Below, piece by piece: positions 1 to 10,919 of a stretch of DNA of 64,000 nucleotides. Origin of the DNA: Obrimoposthia wandeli (Eukaryota). The notes below the pieces were generated by a model. The model searched no databases. It was not told where the DNA came from and worked only from the letters and a program-made list of their open reading frames with translations. The stretch covers positions 1 through 64,000 of the forward strand of contig CDROCS010006451.1 of assembly GCA_977020255.1 (NCBI GenBank), read 5' to 3'. The position numbers and the translations under genes are program-made. How positions within the stretch are numbered: the stretch's first letter is position 1; each line of letters starts with the position of its first letter.

Positions 1-1982
1 AGTTCTGGCGGCTTGGCCAATAACAAAGCTCATGAAGTTACCGACAAGCCTACCCATTTTTAATTGAAGTAAAGGCGAAAAAATCAAACTCCATTTGTGA
101 CAATATAGCTCTTCTAGCGCGATCAATACTGCAATACGCTTACAGCTCCATCGATCAATTTCCTTGCAGAGCCAGCAATCAGATTTTTCTATTTTAGGAA
201 ATGGCACTCGGTTGGACCACGCGACAGGTGCCTTCTTTATGTTCATATATGGTATTTTTATCGCTTTACAGGTCGCCCTTTATTTCAGCCTTCTCTATTG
301 CAGCAGTATTTTCATTTTCATACCCGCTTGCTTAGCCAGTGGGCGATATATGGTTTCAAAGCCAAGATGGAAAAAACGAACTCATTCTGGATCAGTATTA
401 TGGTGTTCGCAATATTACAAATACTGCTAACTATTATAAATTGAGCTGGGGCTCAGAAAAATTCTAAGAATATTTACGCTTCCTGAATAGCATTTAGTCA
501 TGAATTGCTTATCAATTCCGATTTACTTATTTTTTGCCAGGCACAATGACACCGTGTTTATGTTTGCCACCATTGTAATAACCATAATATTTCACTGGCT
601 GGAATATTATTACTTACAAAAGTGAAAAATGAACGCGCTAATTTTTCTTATTTGTAGGCCACATTGTTATTGGTTGTGGTGTTTTTACTCAGCTCCCCTG
701 GATGACCCATAACATCCTAAGTTTCGATTTCATTAATAATTCTACCTGGCATCATTTTACCCCTGGTAATGATTATTGTACGGTATTTGCCAACCTAAGT
801 ATTGTCGAGAGCCATCGCAAGAAACGTAACCGCCAAATAAACAATAGCGATGTTATTTTGCCAGATGTATTAGCGAACTAGGCCATGAATTCCGCACTCT
901 ATTAACGGTGTAATGGGTATGAGGAATTATTATCTGATACTCATTTAACCCATACCCAACGAGATTATTTAGAAACCATCAGTCTTGCGGGCCAAGATTT
1001 ATTACAATCTCAGAAATGTCTGACTTTGCAAAATTACAAAGCGGACGAATAAATCTTTGATCATCGCGCATTTGATTTAACGAACTGCTTAACCCAATGC
1101 ATTTAGAATCGCTATCAACAAGAAGCCAACCGCAAGCAAATTGAATTAGTACTCGATATTGCCGATGACATCTATCCGCGCTACTTTCATGATAAAGACC
1201 GCCTACAAACCATTATCACCAATTTAATTGCTCAATCACTTCGCCATACTGAAAGTGGAGAATTAGAATTAAGAGTTTTCCGTGTAGGCTTAAATAAACA
1301 CGAAGGTATCTTCTTTCAAGTTCAGCTCACCGGCAGTTTAATTGAGCATGATGAATTACGACGCTTATTCCGCACAATGGCTGGCCCTCAAGAACAATCT
1401 GAAAATCTCAATTTAGATCAGGGATTAGGCTTGATAATTGTTAAACGCTTAGTTGGGCTGATGGAAGGCTCTATCGAAGTAGAAACACTGACTCACCACG
1501 GCTGCTCTATTACACTTTTCCTTCCTATCAAGGAAGAGCTGGACGAGAGAGTTGAAGAAGATCCTGACTTACTCTCAGGCCAAAGAATCTTAATCGTCGA
1601 TGATAACAGCACCTTTCGTGGTGTGATTGAAAAACAAGTAAAGCGCTGGGGCATGCGCGCAGACAGTACTTATAGCGGCAAAGAGGCACTCGCCCTAATG
1701 CGCAATAAAGCCAACTTAGGCGAACCTTACGACTATATTGTTATCGATCATGACATGCCGATAATGAATGGTATTCAGCTCACGGAAAAGCTGATGGCTG
1801 ATAATGATATAGAGCCAAAGCCCATGCGAATAATGCTTACCGGCTTAGGCATAGGCAGCGCTAGAACCACAGGCGAAAGCAAAGGGCATCCAAAAATAGT
1901 TATTAAACCCGTGAGTGGACGTCACTTGAAAGAAGTTTTATTGGGGTTTCATAAACTGATCAAACCGCTGATAATGAAATAG
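1..1982 (+). CDS. RetS-like hybrid sensor kinase (membrane region, HisKA, degenerate HATPase, one REC); 5' partial, many frameshifts
   Basis: Intact C-terminal ORF 1377-1982 has GLGLIIVKRLVGLM and a REC domain (ILIVDDN...SGKEAL...VIDHDMP...MLTG...KP). Upstream pieces read across frames as an H-box (GHEFRT..NGVMGM..ELL..T.LT..QRDYLETI), then AFDL..CL and RLQTIITNLIAQSLRHTESG. Hydrophobic segments at about 160-800. Confidence 0.75.
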
Positions 1983-2070
1983 CGTGCTGTCATGCTTTTA
2001 TCTTGGCCTTTCGCAAATTGAATAATCATTATACTTAGCCATGTAATCATGTTTAAACAATAGGCGTTTC

Positions 2071-2729
2071 ATGCGTCACTTATCGCCTTTCGACAAATTT
2101 ATTCAAAACGCTGATTTAGCTCGCCAATACCTCAATCCCCGGCGCCGCTATCAGCAGCGCCCTTCACCTGCTCAAGCTTCTTGCTGATACCAGACAGCCA
2201 GTACGAGTTAGGCGACCAAGAACGTAAACCACGCCGCTGGGGCTTAATGCGCACAACCATACTGGCGTGAAGTGTGCACAAGCGCTTTATCAAGGCCACA
2301 AGCATTAACGGCTAAGCTTGCCTGAAGTACGCTTTTAGCGATGGATGAAGCCGCGGCAGAAGAGATTGATCACCTAGTATGGTGAAGATCGCATTACTCA
2401 GTTAGGTAGCCATACCAGCATATTAAACCCCTGCATTCTATGGCGTTTATATCTTTTTGGTATATTGGTGCTATTGCGGTGCAATCAGCGTGATAAGGTC
2501 AGCTTGGGCTTTGTAGCAGAGAATCGAACGCCAAGTGTGTGTAATCATTCCAAGCGAACATATGACGTCTTTAACACAAGAGAAAAGAGCAAAGCGATTT
2601 TGGCAGATGCTGATGATGAAGCTAATGACGTTACTGCGGCTATTGATGCCGGTGGTTATGAGTTTCACAATCCGTTTCGCAATGACAGGTTTGAGTAAAA
2701 TAATGACTAAAAAGCGTTTATAAATATAA
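2071..2729 (+). CDS. coq7: Demethoxyubiquinone hydroxylase Coq7 (di-iron), heavily frameshifted
   Basis: Read across frames: MRHLSPFDKFIQNAD; GLMR.NHTG.VCAQALYQG; AKLPEV..AMDEAAAEEIDHLVW; QLGSHTSILNP; SDKVSLGFVAE; SKAILA; AAIDAGGYEF; FAMTGLSKIMTK. Confidence 0.85.
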
Positions 2730-2898
2730 GTGATTGGCCCAATAAATGTGACTTTAGAAACGCCAACGCCAGCAATTGCAACGCTAAATAATAGTAAAAA
2801 GCTCAAGTTTAATAAAAGACTTGGCTTCCAATCTTGACACCAGCATTACCACCGAACAATCAGCTAACATTATCTCAAGCTACATCTTAAAAACAGAA

Positions 2899-3401
2899 CT
2901 ACAAACTAAGAGCACTGCCGCAAGAAATACCAGAACACTGGTACGCACGGTTTCTAATACACAGCTTGGGCCGATGGCTTCGATAAACGCTTTAGCTTAT
3001 CGGTAGCACCGGCATTAACTGATCGTATAGAACACTGCTGCTGATATCAACGATCTGGCCACGGAATACATCCGCAGTACGTTTGATTTCACAGCACGCT
3101 GAGCGCCAACAGCCTTCACTTTAATCAACATGAGCTCACGTCACTATGCGGACCTTCTGTTAGATTAACCAGCTTAACGACTTCAATAAGGCGATTAAGT
3201 TGCTTAGTAATCTGCTCAATCTTGCTCTCATTACCAATCGTCGTCATGGTAAGGCGAGACAAGCTATCATCTTCCGTTGGTGCAACCGCGGCGTTTCAAT
3301 GTTGTAACCGCGCTGGAGTCAAGCCCACTACGCGAGACACAAGGCACCCGGTTCGTTTTCTCCAACAAAAATGGAGATACGTGACGTTGTGACTGACTCA
3401 T
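2899..3401 (-). CDS. ilvH: Acetolactate synthase small (regulatory) subunit, frameshifted
   Basis: Minus strand: MSQSQRH.SI.LENEPGAL..VVGL; VAPTEDDSLSRLTMTTIGNESKIEQITKQLNRLIEVVKLVNLTEG; RELMLIKVKAVGAQRA; GQIVDISSSV. Start overlaps the ilvI stop (TAATG). Confidence 0.9.
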
Positions 3402-5127
3402 TATGTGCGCCCGTTTTATTCAACGCTATCGCGCATGGAACCTTAAAGGCACCTGCATTGGGATATACGTGTTCTTTTCTATCAACTTTAACGTCTAGAA
3501 AACCAAACGACGTTGTATTTCTTTATTAAACGTATTCCTAATGCTTGCGGTAACTCATCACGATCAGTAACGCGAATACCCACATGACCATAAGATTCAA
3601 CCAACTTAACGAAATCAGGTAATGATTCCATGTAAGAGTTTGAGTGACGTCCTTCGTAGTTCATGTCCTGCCACTGGCGAACCATGCCCAACGAGCCATT
3701 ATTCAAACATAGAATTTTTACTGGAATACCGTACTGTAAGCAGGTCGATAATTCCTGAATGTTCATCTGGATAGAGCCTTCACCAGTAACACAAACAACT
3801 TTATCTTCCGGGAAGTTCATTTTGATGCCCATCGCCGCAGGGAAACCAAAGCCCATGGTGCCTAAGCCACCAGAGTTGATCCACTTATTTGGCTCATCAA
3901 ATGGGTAGTATTGTGCAGCGAACATCTGGTGCTGACCAACGTCAGAAGTTACATAGGCTTTGCCTTCTGTCGCTTCATACATAGCCTGAATTACTTCTTG
4001 TGGCTTCATCAAACCATCATCGTTTTTCTCAAAACGCATGCCGTGACGTGGACGCCATTCATTAATCTGCTTCCACCAGCTAGCCAATGCTTCTGCATCA
4101 ACCTGAGTATCACTGGTTTTAATCAAAGCCATCATGTCATCAAGAACAGAGCCTACTGGACCTACAATCGGCACATCAGCAGTAATGGTCTTAGAGATAG
4201 ATGATGGATCGATATCAATATGGATGATTTTGGCATCAGGGCAGAACTTACCTGTTGCATTGGTAACACGATCATCAAAACGCGCGCCAATTGCAATAAT
4301 TAAATCTGCGTGATGCATCGTTACGTTCGCTTCGTACGTACCGTGCATACCCAACATACCCAAGAAACGCTCATCAGTACCTGGGAATGAACCCAAACCC
4401 ATTAGCGTATTGGTTACAGGGAAGCCTAAATACCAAACCAATCTTTACGTAGTTTGTCTGAACTTTTATCCAGAATCACACCACCACCGGCATATATGAT
4501 TGGGCGCTTAGCTTCCACAATCATATCAACGGCTTTTTTAATTTGGCCAGAATGCCCACGTTGTGGTGGAGCATAAGAACGAATCTTAACCTTCTTCGGA
4601 TAGTTATATTCGAAGCGTTCGTTTGGCGCAGTCATATCTTTTGGAAGATCAATCACCACAGGACCAGGGCGACCTGTTTCTGCGATATGAAACGCCTTGG
4701 CAATAATCTCTGGGATATCCACAGGATCTGTTACGCGAAAGCTGTGCTTAACGATAGGACGAGAGATACCTAACATGTCAGTTTCTTGGAACGCATCATC
4801 ACCAATTAGGTGAGATGGAACCTGACCACAAATAACAACCATAGGTATAGAGTCGGTCTGAGCCGTCGCAATACCGGTAATAGTATTCGTTGCACCAGGA
4901 CCTGAAGTCACCATGACGACGCCCGCTTTACCCGTTGCACGAGCAAAGCCGTCAGCCATGTGAGCCGCTGCCTGCTCATGACGGACGAGTACATGTTTAA
5001 CATGGCTTTGCTTATAAACCGCATCATACACGTGTAATAAAGAGCCACCTGGGTAGCCATATATGTACTCAACACCAGCATCGTGCAAAGCACGTACTAG
5101 CATGTCACCGCCGGAAAGTAATTCCAC
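3401..5127 (-). CDS. ilvI: Acetolactate synthase large subunit, split by frameshifts near 4435 and 3520
   Basis: ORFs 4426-5127 ([23 protein letters not shown]) and 3488-4441 ([29 protein letters not shown]). C-terminal KEHVYPMQ continues in another frame to the stop at 3401-3403. Confidence 0.95.
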
Positions 5128-5491
5128 CGAACAATCCTCACTATAAATCGATAATCGAATAAATCATTAAGGCTTATTTGGCGATACTCGTTTTAGTTGT
5201 GCAGCGCTTGTCGCCAAGACGATAGCCAAAATGTATAATTTTTAACGCAGAACGTCGCAGCTAGCTAACCGACTTTCGTCAACACACCGTTGTGTAAACA
5301 ATAGGGTATCATCGCTACGAGTTGTAAAGACTGGATGATCGATTCTTGGTCAATCACCGTATTGATTCTAGCCTTGGTTTTAAAGCGAGAACCTGAGGCG
5401 AACAAGGGGATAACCTATTCACACTCTTAACTGTCTCTTCTCATGCACGTCGGTGATCTGCCCGAAATCTAGCATGACGAAAAGCCGCGTA

Positions 5492-5519
5492 ATTTTGACA
5501 TTTTATGGGAATTTGTCAA
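5492..5519 (-). promoter_or_regulatory. Possible sigma70 promoter for ilvIH (TTGACA-N16-CAAAAT)
   Basis: Perfect -35 at 5514-5519 (minus strand) and a 4/6 -10 at 5492-5497; implies a leader of about 350 nt. Confidence 0.35.
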
Positions 5520-5552
5520 TACAATAGTTGGATAATCCCTTGACAAAAACAG

Positions 5553-5561
5553 TGCTATAAT
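5553..5561 (+). promoter_or_regulatory. Extended -10 promoter element TGCTATAAT for the DUF4124 gene
   Basis: Exact TGnTATAAT, 27 nt before the ATG at 5588. Confidence 0.45.
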
Positions 5562-5587
5562 CAAATGTAAATTGAAATAGTTTCTAA

Positions 5588-6057
5588 ATGAGAGTTTTTT
5601 GTATGTTTTCTATTTATCAATATCCACGCTAATGCTGAGTATAGCGCTAGCTTATTTTCAACGGCTAATGCGGCTAAAATTTATCACTGGGTTGATGACA
5701 AAGGTCGGCCACATTACAGCGAGACTTCTCCTAGAGATATCTCATCTGAAGCATTTAATATTAGCGGCAGGTATCGGTTCAGCAGGTAGCGCAACGGCCT
5801 TCAGCACCTCAAAACCCGTTACAAAATGACCAAGCATTAAAAGTGAATGAGGAAGTAACTTTAGTCACAGAGTATAGCCTCAGAAGAAAGGGCTAAATAT
5901 TGTCAAAGTAATCGCGTGCTTTTATTGCAACAAATGAACGGCAATACTCACTAGGGCGTTAAGCAGCCTGATGGCAGCTATCGAAAATTAGGAGCAGACG
6001 GAAATTGAAGATTATCGTGCACAAGCTCTATCTGGCATCGATAACTACTGCCAATAG
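5588..6057 (+). CDS. DUF4124-family secreted protein, frameshifted
   Basis: Across frames: hydrophobic leader, then AAKIYHWVDDKGRPHYSETSP (typical DUF4124 N-terminus) and a C-terminal KYCQ...NYCQ* helical region. Confidence 0.75.
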
Positions 6058-6090
6058 GCTTTATATATTAAGAGCTACTGTACGGCCAGA

Positions 6091-6120
6091 CAGTCTTATT
6101 CTACCAACCAAATAAGACTG
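6091..6120. terminator. Hairpin between convergent DUF4124 gene and pgeF
   Basis: CAGTCTTATT-N10-AATAAGACTG perfect inverted repeat overlapping the pgeF stop. Confidence 0.45.
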
Positions 6121-6898
6121 GCTTGGCGACCAGTGATTGCCTGGCGCCGATAACTGAAAATCGAGCCTCACCTTCTTCTTTTCGTATCCGTCGCGTATAA
6201 ATAGTGAATACCCTTCAGCTCCAGATCCATAAATCACCACCTAAGTGCTCAAGCTGAAGCCTTGCTAAGCGATAAATATCTGCTTGTAAGCGATCTCCTG
6301 ACCCCGCGATAAAACAGCCCTCATCCGCCCAAGCTTCACCATCAGTAAAGCTGATAAAAGCTTGCTTAACATCAGGGCCCACCTCGAACGCAGCTTGAGA
6401 GATAGCCGGACCTAGCCAAGCAATGACTTGATTAAGTGGAATGCTATTATCAGTAAATGTTTGAAGAGTATTCTCTAAAACGCCACTTGCTAAGCCGCGC
6501 CATCCAGCATGCGCTGCCGCGACTTGGCGGCCCTGAAGATCACAAAATAAAACAGGCAGGCAATCAGCCGTCATAACCGCACTGGCTAAAGCAGGTCTTC
6601 TCGTGAAAGTCGCATCCGCTTGAGCTGCATCCGCGATGAGATTAGCGTCTGGGCAATGGATACCATGGATTTGCTGCAACCAACGAATTTCATTGCAGCC
6701 TTGGGCATAATCAACGAGTTGCTGACGATTGGCACTGACATGGCTTGGCAGGTCATTAACATGATCGCCAAGATTGAAAGAGTTATAGGGAGGAATACTT
6801 TGGCCGAAGCGAGCTTGTTGCTCGGTTGTTGAAGATACCTCGCGCTCGGTCACCAATGCTTTTACATTATCGGGGGCCGGCCACTGAGGTATTATCAT
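6096..6898 (-). CDS. pgeF: Peptidoglycan editing factor PgeF/YfiH; C-terminal frameshift
   Basis: NLGDHV, WLQQIHG, ADA...TADCLPVLF, AAAHAGWRGL, AWLGPAIS. Terminal FSYRR...TGRQASLIWL lies in another frame, ending 6096. Confidence 0.92.
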
Positions 6899-6954
6899 TT
6901 GCTGCTCTACTTATTAAAATTCACTTATTTAAAGCTCATCTATTTTAAAGCACT

Positions 6955-7912
6955 TTAAAATTCGATGTCTTCGTAAGTTTCTGACTGCTCATCACTTAGA
7001 GATTGCAAAAGCTTTTGAAAATCTTCCGGTAGCTCTACATCCCAAGTCATGTATTCATCCGTCGTCGGATGCCACAGGCTTAATTCGCGGGCGTGCAGTG
7101 CTTGGCGCTGAAATTCTTGTAGCTCTTGACGCAAGTGCAATGAAATACCTTTAGGCAAACGGAAACGACCAAAATACGTCTGATCACCTACCAAAGGATA
7201 ACCAATGTGCGACATGTGAACACGAATTTGGTGAGTACGACCCGTTTCTAACTTACAACGTATATGGGTATGCGCATTAAACTTCTTTAATACACGATAA
7301 TGAGTAATCGCTTCTTTACCCATACCTTCTGGCGCAACGGCCATTTTAGTACGCGAGGTAGGGTGTCGAGCGATAGGCGCTTCTACAATACCGCCCCCTG
7401 TCATTACACCCATTGTAACGGCTTCGTATTCACGACCGCATTGAAATCTGGATCTTGTAATTGGTTTACAAGCTGAGTTTGGGCTTGCGCGTTTTTGCAA
7501 CAACCATTAATCCGGTGGTATCTTTATCCAAGCGATGCACAATACCCGCACGAGGCACATTTTCGATACCAGGATAGTGATACAGCAAGGCATTCAATAA
7601 CGTGCCGGTATAGTTACCCGCAGCTGGGTGAACCACTAATCCAGACGGCTTGTTGATCACGACAATATCGTCATCTTCGTAGACGACTTCTAATGGAATA
7701 TCTTCCGCTTCCCAGTCGCCTTCGGCTTCTAGAATTACGTCTAGTTCTAGGTTTTCACCGCCGATCATTTTATCGCGAATACGACGGGTTTCGCCGTCTA
7801 CGGTCAACTTCATCGACGATCCACTGCTGCAGACGCGCGAACGTGAGAAGTCGGGAACACTGCGATCTTGTCTCAGACGCTTATTGCCTGTGATTAATGG
7901 GGACGATAACAC
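6955..7912 (-). CDS. rluD: 23S rRNA pseudouridine synthase RluD, frameshifted near 7490; start uncertain
   Basis: S4-like N-terminus; YEDDDIVVINKPSGLVVHP; GIVHRLDKDTTGL; LETGRTHQIRVHM; RQALHA. Confidence 0.95.
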
Positions 7913-8048
7913 TGGCTTGAATAGAATTTGTGACGCCAGAATGAGCTTTAAATGATCTTTAGTGAAGATTAAGACTATGATTTAATGTCGCTTATTAATC
8001 AGCGCCATAATTGTCCACCTAGTATACAGTTAAACGGAATATTCCTCC

Positions 8049-8879
8049 ATGAGAAGCTTTACCCAATCGTTTTTGATTTTATCTTGCTTAGTTTTGGCCG
8101 CATGTTCCAGTAACGACAAGCGCCCTGAAGATCTGAGTGAGCGTGAATTTTACGAGCAAGCGCGTGAAGCGATGGAAGATAATAATTTTTTGATCGCCAG
8201 CGAGCGCTTACAGCAGTTAGAGTCACGCTATCCTTTCGGCCAATATGCGGAGCAAGCTCAACTAGAATTGATTTACACTCAGCATATGATGGCGGATATG
8301 GAGGGGTCTTTAACTTCCGCAGAACGCTTTATCCGTTTACACCCTTTACATGAACAAGTGGACTACGCCTATTACATGCGTGGTTTGTCTGTTTATGAGT
8401 TAGGTTTCAGCTTTGTTGAGCGTTATACGCCTTCAGAACAAGCACGCCGTGACCCTACCCCTTTCCGTGATGCTTTTAATCATTTCGATGAGTTGCTACG
8501 CCGCTACCCTGAGAGCCAATATAACGAAGATGCGCAGAAGCGTATGGTATTTCTACGGGATCGTTTAGCGCAATATGAGATTGGCGTGGGTCGTTTTTAT
8601 ATGAAGCGCCATGCATATTTGGCTGCTGCCCAGCGAGGTGAGCGTGTGATGTTGAGCTATCAAGGAACCAGTGCTGTTGATGATGCTTTGGCTTTGCAGG
8701 TAGAAGCTTATGGGCTTTTAAACCAAGATTTTGAATCTGGCCAAGCCTTAGCGTTGCTAAAATTGAATTATCCTGAGCATGAGCAGCTGGACGAAAAAGG
8801 CAACTTTATCGAAAGCGGCCTAACCAAAGAAGATCGTCGTACATTGATTGGCGTGATGAGCTTTGGGTTGATTGAATAG
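8049..8879 (+). CDS. bamD: Outer membrane protein assembly lipoprotein BamD
   Basis: Lipobox LAAC; TPR helices (LESRYPFGQYAEQAQLELIY); divergent from rluD as usual. Confidence 0.95.
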   Translation: MRSFTQSFLILSCLVLAACSSNDKRPEDLSEREFYEQAREAMEDNNFLIASERLQQLESRYPFGQYAEQAQLELIYTQHMMADMEGSLTSAERFIRLHPLHEQVDYAYYMRGLSVYELGFSFVERYTPSEQARRDPTPFRDAFNHFDELLRRYPESQYNEDAQKRMVFLRDRLAQYEIGVGRFYMKRHAYLAAAQRGERVMLSYQGTSAVDDALALQVEAYGLLNQDFESGQALALLKLNYPEHEQLDEKGNFIESGLTKEDRRTLIGVMSFGLIE

Positions 8880-8981
8880 TTTTTGATAAGTCTAGATTTG
8901 CAAAACACTGCTCTGTATTTCATAGGGCCGTGGTTTGATTTGAAAGCGCCGTTACTCTGAGCCTTGATCGATTCGCTCGAA

Positions 8982-9135
8982 GATCGCCATTGGGTGTTTC
9001 CTTCTTCGGCACATTAAGCCATAAATCCATCCCTGGAGCGCCTCCCGGCCTATACATCCCTGTATAGTCGCTCACTGAGCTGCGAAACTTCGTTTCGGTC
9101 ACGTGAGCCCTAAAACGAAACACCCAATACCGATC
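8982..9135. repeat. Palindromic repeat family R1, copy A
   Basis: Terminal inverted repeat GATCGCCATTGGGTGTTTC / GAAACACCCAATACCGATC; core CCATCCCTGG and CTATACATCCCTGTATAG shared with the other copies. Confidence 0.8.
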
Positions 9136-9224
9136 CGCGAATTCAGAAATCAAACCAGATTAGGAACCTTCCTCAAAAGAAATATGACGGCTATCCATAA
9201 TGGGGCAAACGTCATTACTCTGAC

Positions 9225-10883
9225 TTAACTACCCGCTTTCCAACCATTGGTAATAGGATAACGACGGTCACGACCAAAGCCTCGTGCGGTCATTCTAACG
9301 CCAACAGGCGCTTGGCGACGCTTATACTCTGACAAGTCAACCAATCGCGTTACTCGTATTACGTCTTCGCTCGCAAAGCCTTTGGCGATGATGGCATCAA
9401 CACTCAAATCACCTTCGATGTAGTATTCAAGTATTTGATCCAGAATAGCGTACGGCGGAAGATTATCTTCATCGACTTGATCTGGTGCCAGCTCTGCTGA
9501 AGGTGGACGCGTAATCACTCGCTCTGGAATGATTTCAGCTTCACCTTGGCTTGCGGCTAACTCATTACGGTAGCGCGATAATTTGAAGACCAGAATTTTA
9601 TACACATCTTTCAACGCGCTATAGCCGCCCACCATGTCGCCATACAAGGTGGCGTAACCAACAGCCATCTCACTTTTATTACCCGTAGTGAGTACCATGT
9701 AGCCTTTCTTGTTCGAGATGGCCATCAACATCACACCACGACAGCGCGCTTGCAGGTTCTCTTCCGTCGTATCCGCGGCTAAACCAGAAAACTCGTCTTC
9801 TAACGTGAGCATAAAGGCATCGTACATCGGTTCAATTGGCAAGATTTTATAACTAACACCCAGTGCATCGGCTTCTAGTTTGGCATCTTCCATACTCATA
9901 GAAGAGGTATATTTAAACGGCATCATCACCGCTTCAACTCGGTCTTTACCAATCGCATCAACAGCAATCGCTAAAGTAAGCGCTGAATCGATGCCACCTG
10001 ATAAACCTAAAACAATGCCTTTAAAGCGATTCTTCTCAATATAATCACGCACACCCAAAACCAAGGTATCGTAAATGCTGGCGAGCTCAGATTTGGCCAA
10101 AGCCTTTTGCGGATTTTGTATATTCAATGACTCGTCAAAGTCCACCAGCGTTAATGCGCTTTCATGCTCTGGTGCGCTGGCAACAATATCGCCACGAGCA
10201 TCAACCACAAACGAAGCTCCATCAAAAACCAACTCATCTTGGCCACCCACTTGGTTTACATACACAATCGGTAGCTGATGACGCTGAGCATGATTGCTTA
10301 GCAATTCATGGCGCTGCTGCAGCTTTCCACTATGAAATGGCGAAGCATTGATGTTAATCAGCAATTCAGCGCCTGCCGTTTTCGATTCGGCGACTGGGTG
10401 CTCGTGCCAAATATCTTCACACACGGTTAAGCCGATTTTATGACCTTGCCATTCGAAAACACAGGTTTCACTACCCGCGGTAAAATAGCGCTGCTCATCA
10501 AATACTTGATAATTAGGCAGGCACCGCTTGGCATAACGAGCTACTTGCTCGCCATTCTGCCAAACACCCGCCATATTGAATAACTGACCCTTTTCACTCC
10601 ACGGGTAACCGACCACCACCGTAATATCAGCACTCAAAATTGAGACTTTCTGCAAAGCGGTTTCAATTCTGTGCTGTAAACTGGGGCGTAATAGTAGATC
10701 TTCAGGCGGATAACCAATCAACGCTAACTCTGAAAAAACGACCATTAAGGCCTTATCAGTGCTATTTTTCGCTTTCGCTTCAGCGATAGCAGACGATATT
10801 AGTTCAAGGTTGCCGTCGATATCACCTACTTTAAAGTTGGCTTGGGCGAGGGCGATTGACACTTGTCGTATAGAGGGTTGCAT
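9225..10883 (-). CDS. nadE: Glutamine-dependent NAD+ synthetase
   Basis: CN-hydrolase domain (SEL..GYPPEDL, YAK, CEDIW) fused to a synthetase domain (GLSGGIDS, ENLQAR, TGNKSE, PPSAEL). Confidence 0.96.
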   Translation of the reverse strand: MQPSIRQVSIALAQANFKVGDIDGNLELISSAIAEAKAKNSTDKALMVVFSELALIGYPPEDLLLRPSLQHRIETALQKVSILSADITVVVGYPWSEKGQLFNMAGVWQNGEQVARYAKRCLPNYQVFDEQRYFTAGSETCVFEWQGHKIGLTVCEDIWHEHPVAESKTAGAELLININASPFHSGKLQQRHELLSNHAQRHQLPIVYVNQVGGQDELVFDGASFVVDARGDIVASAPEHESALTLVDFDESLNIQNPQKALAKSELASIYDTLVLGVRDYIEKNRFKGIVLGLSGGIDSALTLAIAVDAIGKDRVEAVMMPFKYTSSMSMEDAKLEADALGVSYKILPIEPMYDAFMLTLEDEFSGLAADTTEENLQARCRGVMLMAISNKKGYMVLTTGNKSEMAVGYATLYGDMVGGYSALKDVYKILVFKLSRYRNELAASQGEAEIIPERVITRPPSAELAPDQVDEDNLPPYAILDQILEYYIEGDLSVDAIIAKGFASEDVIRVTRLVDLSEYKRRQAPVGVRMTARGFGRDRRYPITNGWKAGS

Positions 10884-10919
10884 AGCGATTATCTTTGACC
10901 ACGGGATATTTGCCGCGTA

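Noticed and set aside
2471-2806. 111-aa minus-strand ORF
   Set aside because: Mostly antisense to coq7, TTG start, no recognisable family.
3401-7912. Programmed frameshifting or true pseudogenes in ilvI, rluD, ileS, atuF and proB
   Set aside because: Breaks are multiple, clustered and accompanied by garbled codons, without consistent slippery sites; assembly error is more parsimonious.
8920-9153. 77-aa ORF between bamD and nadE
   Set aside because: Spans repeat copy A; it is translated repeat sequence without a clear RBS.
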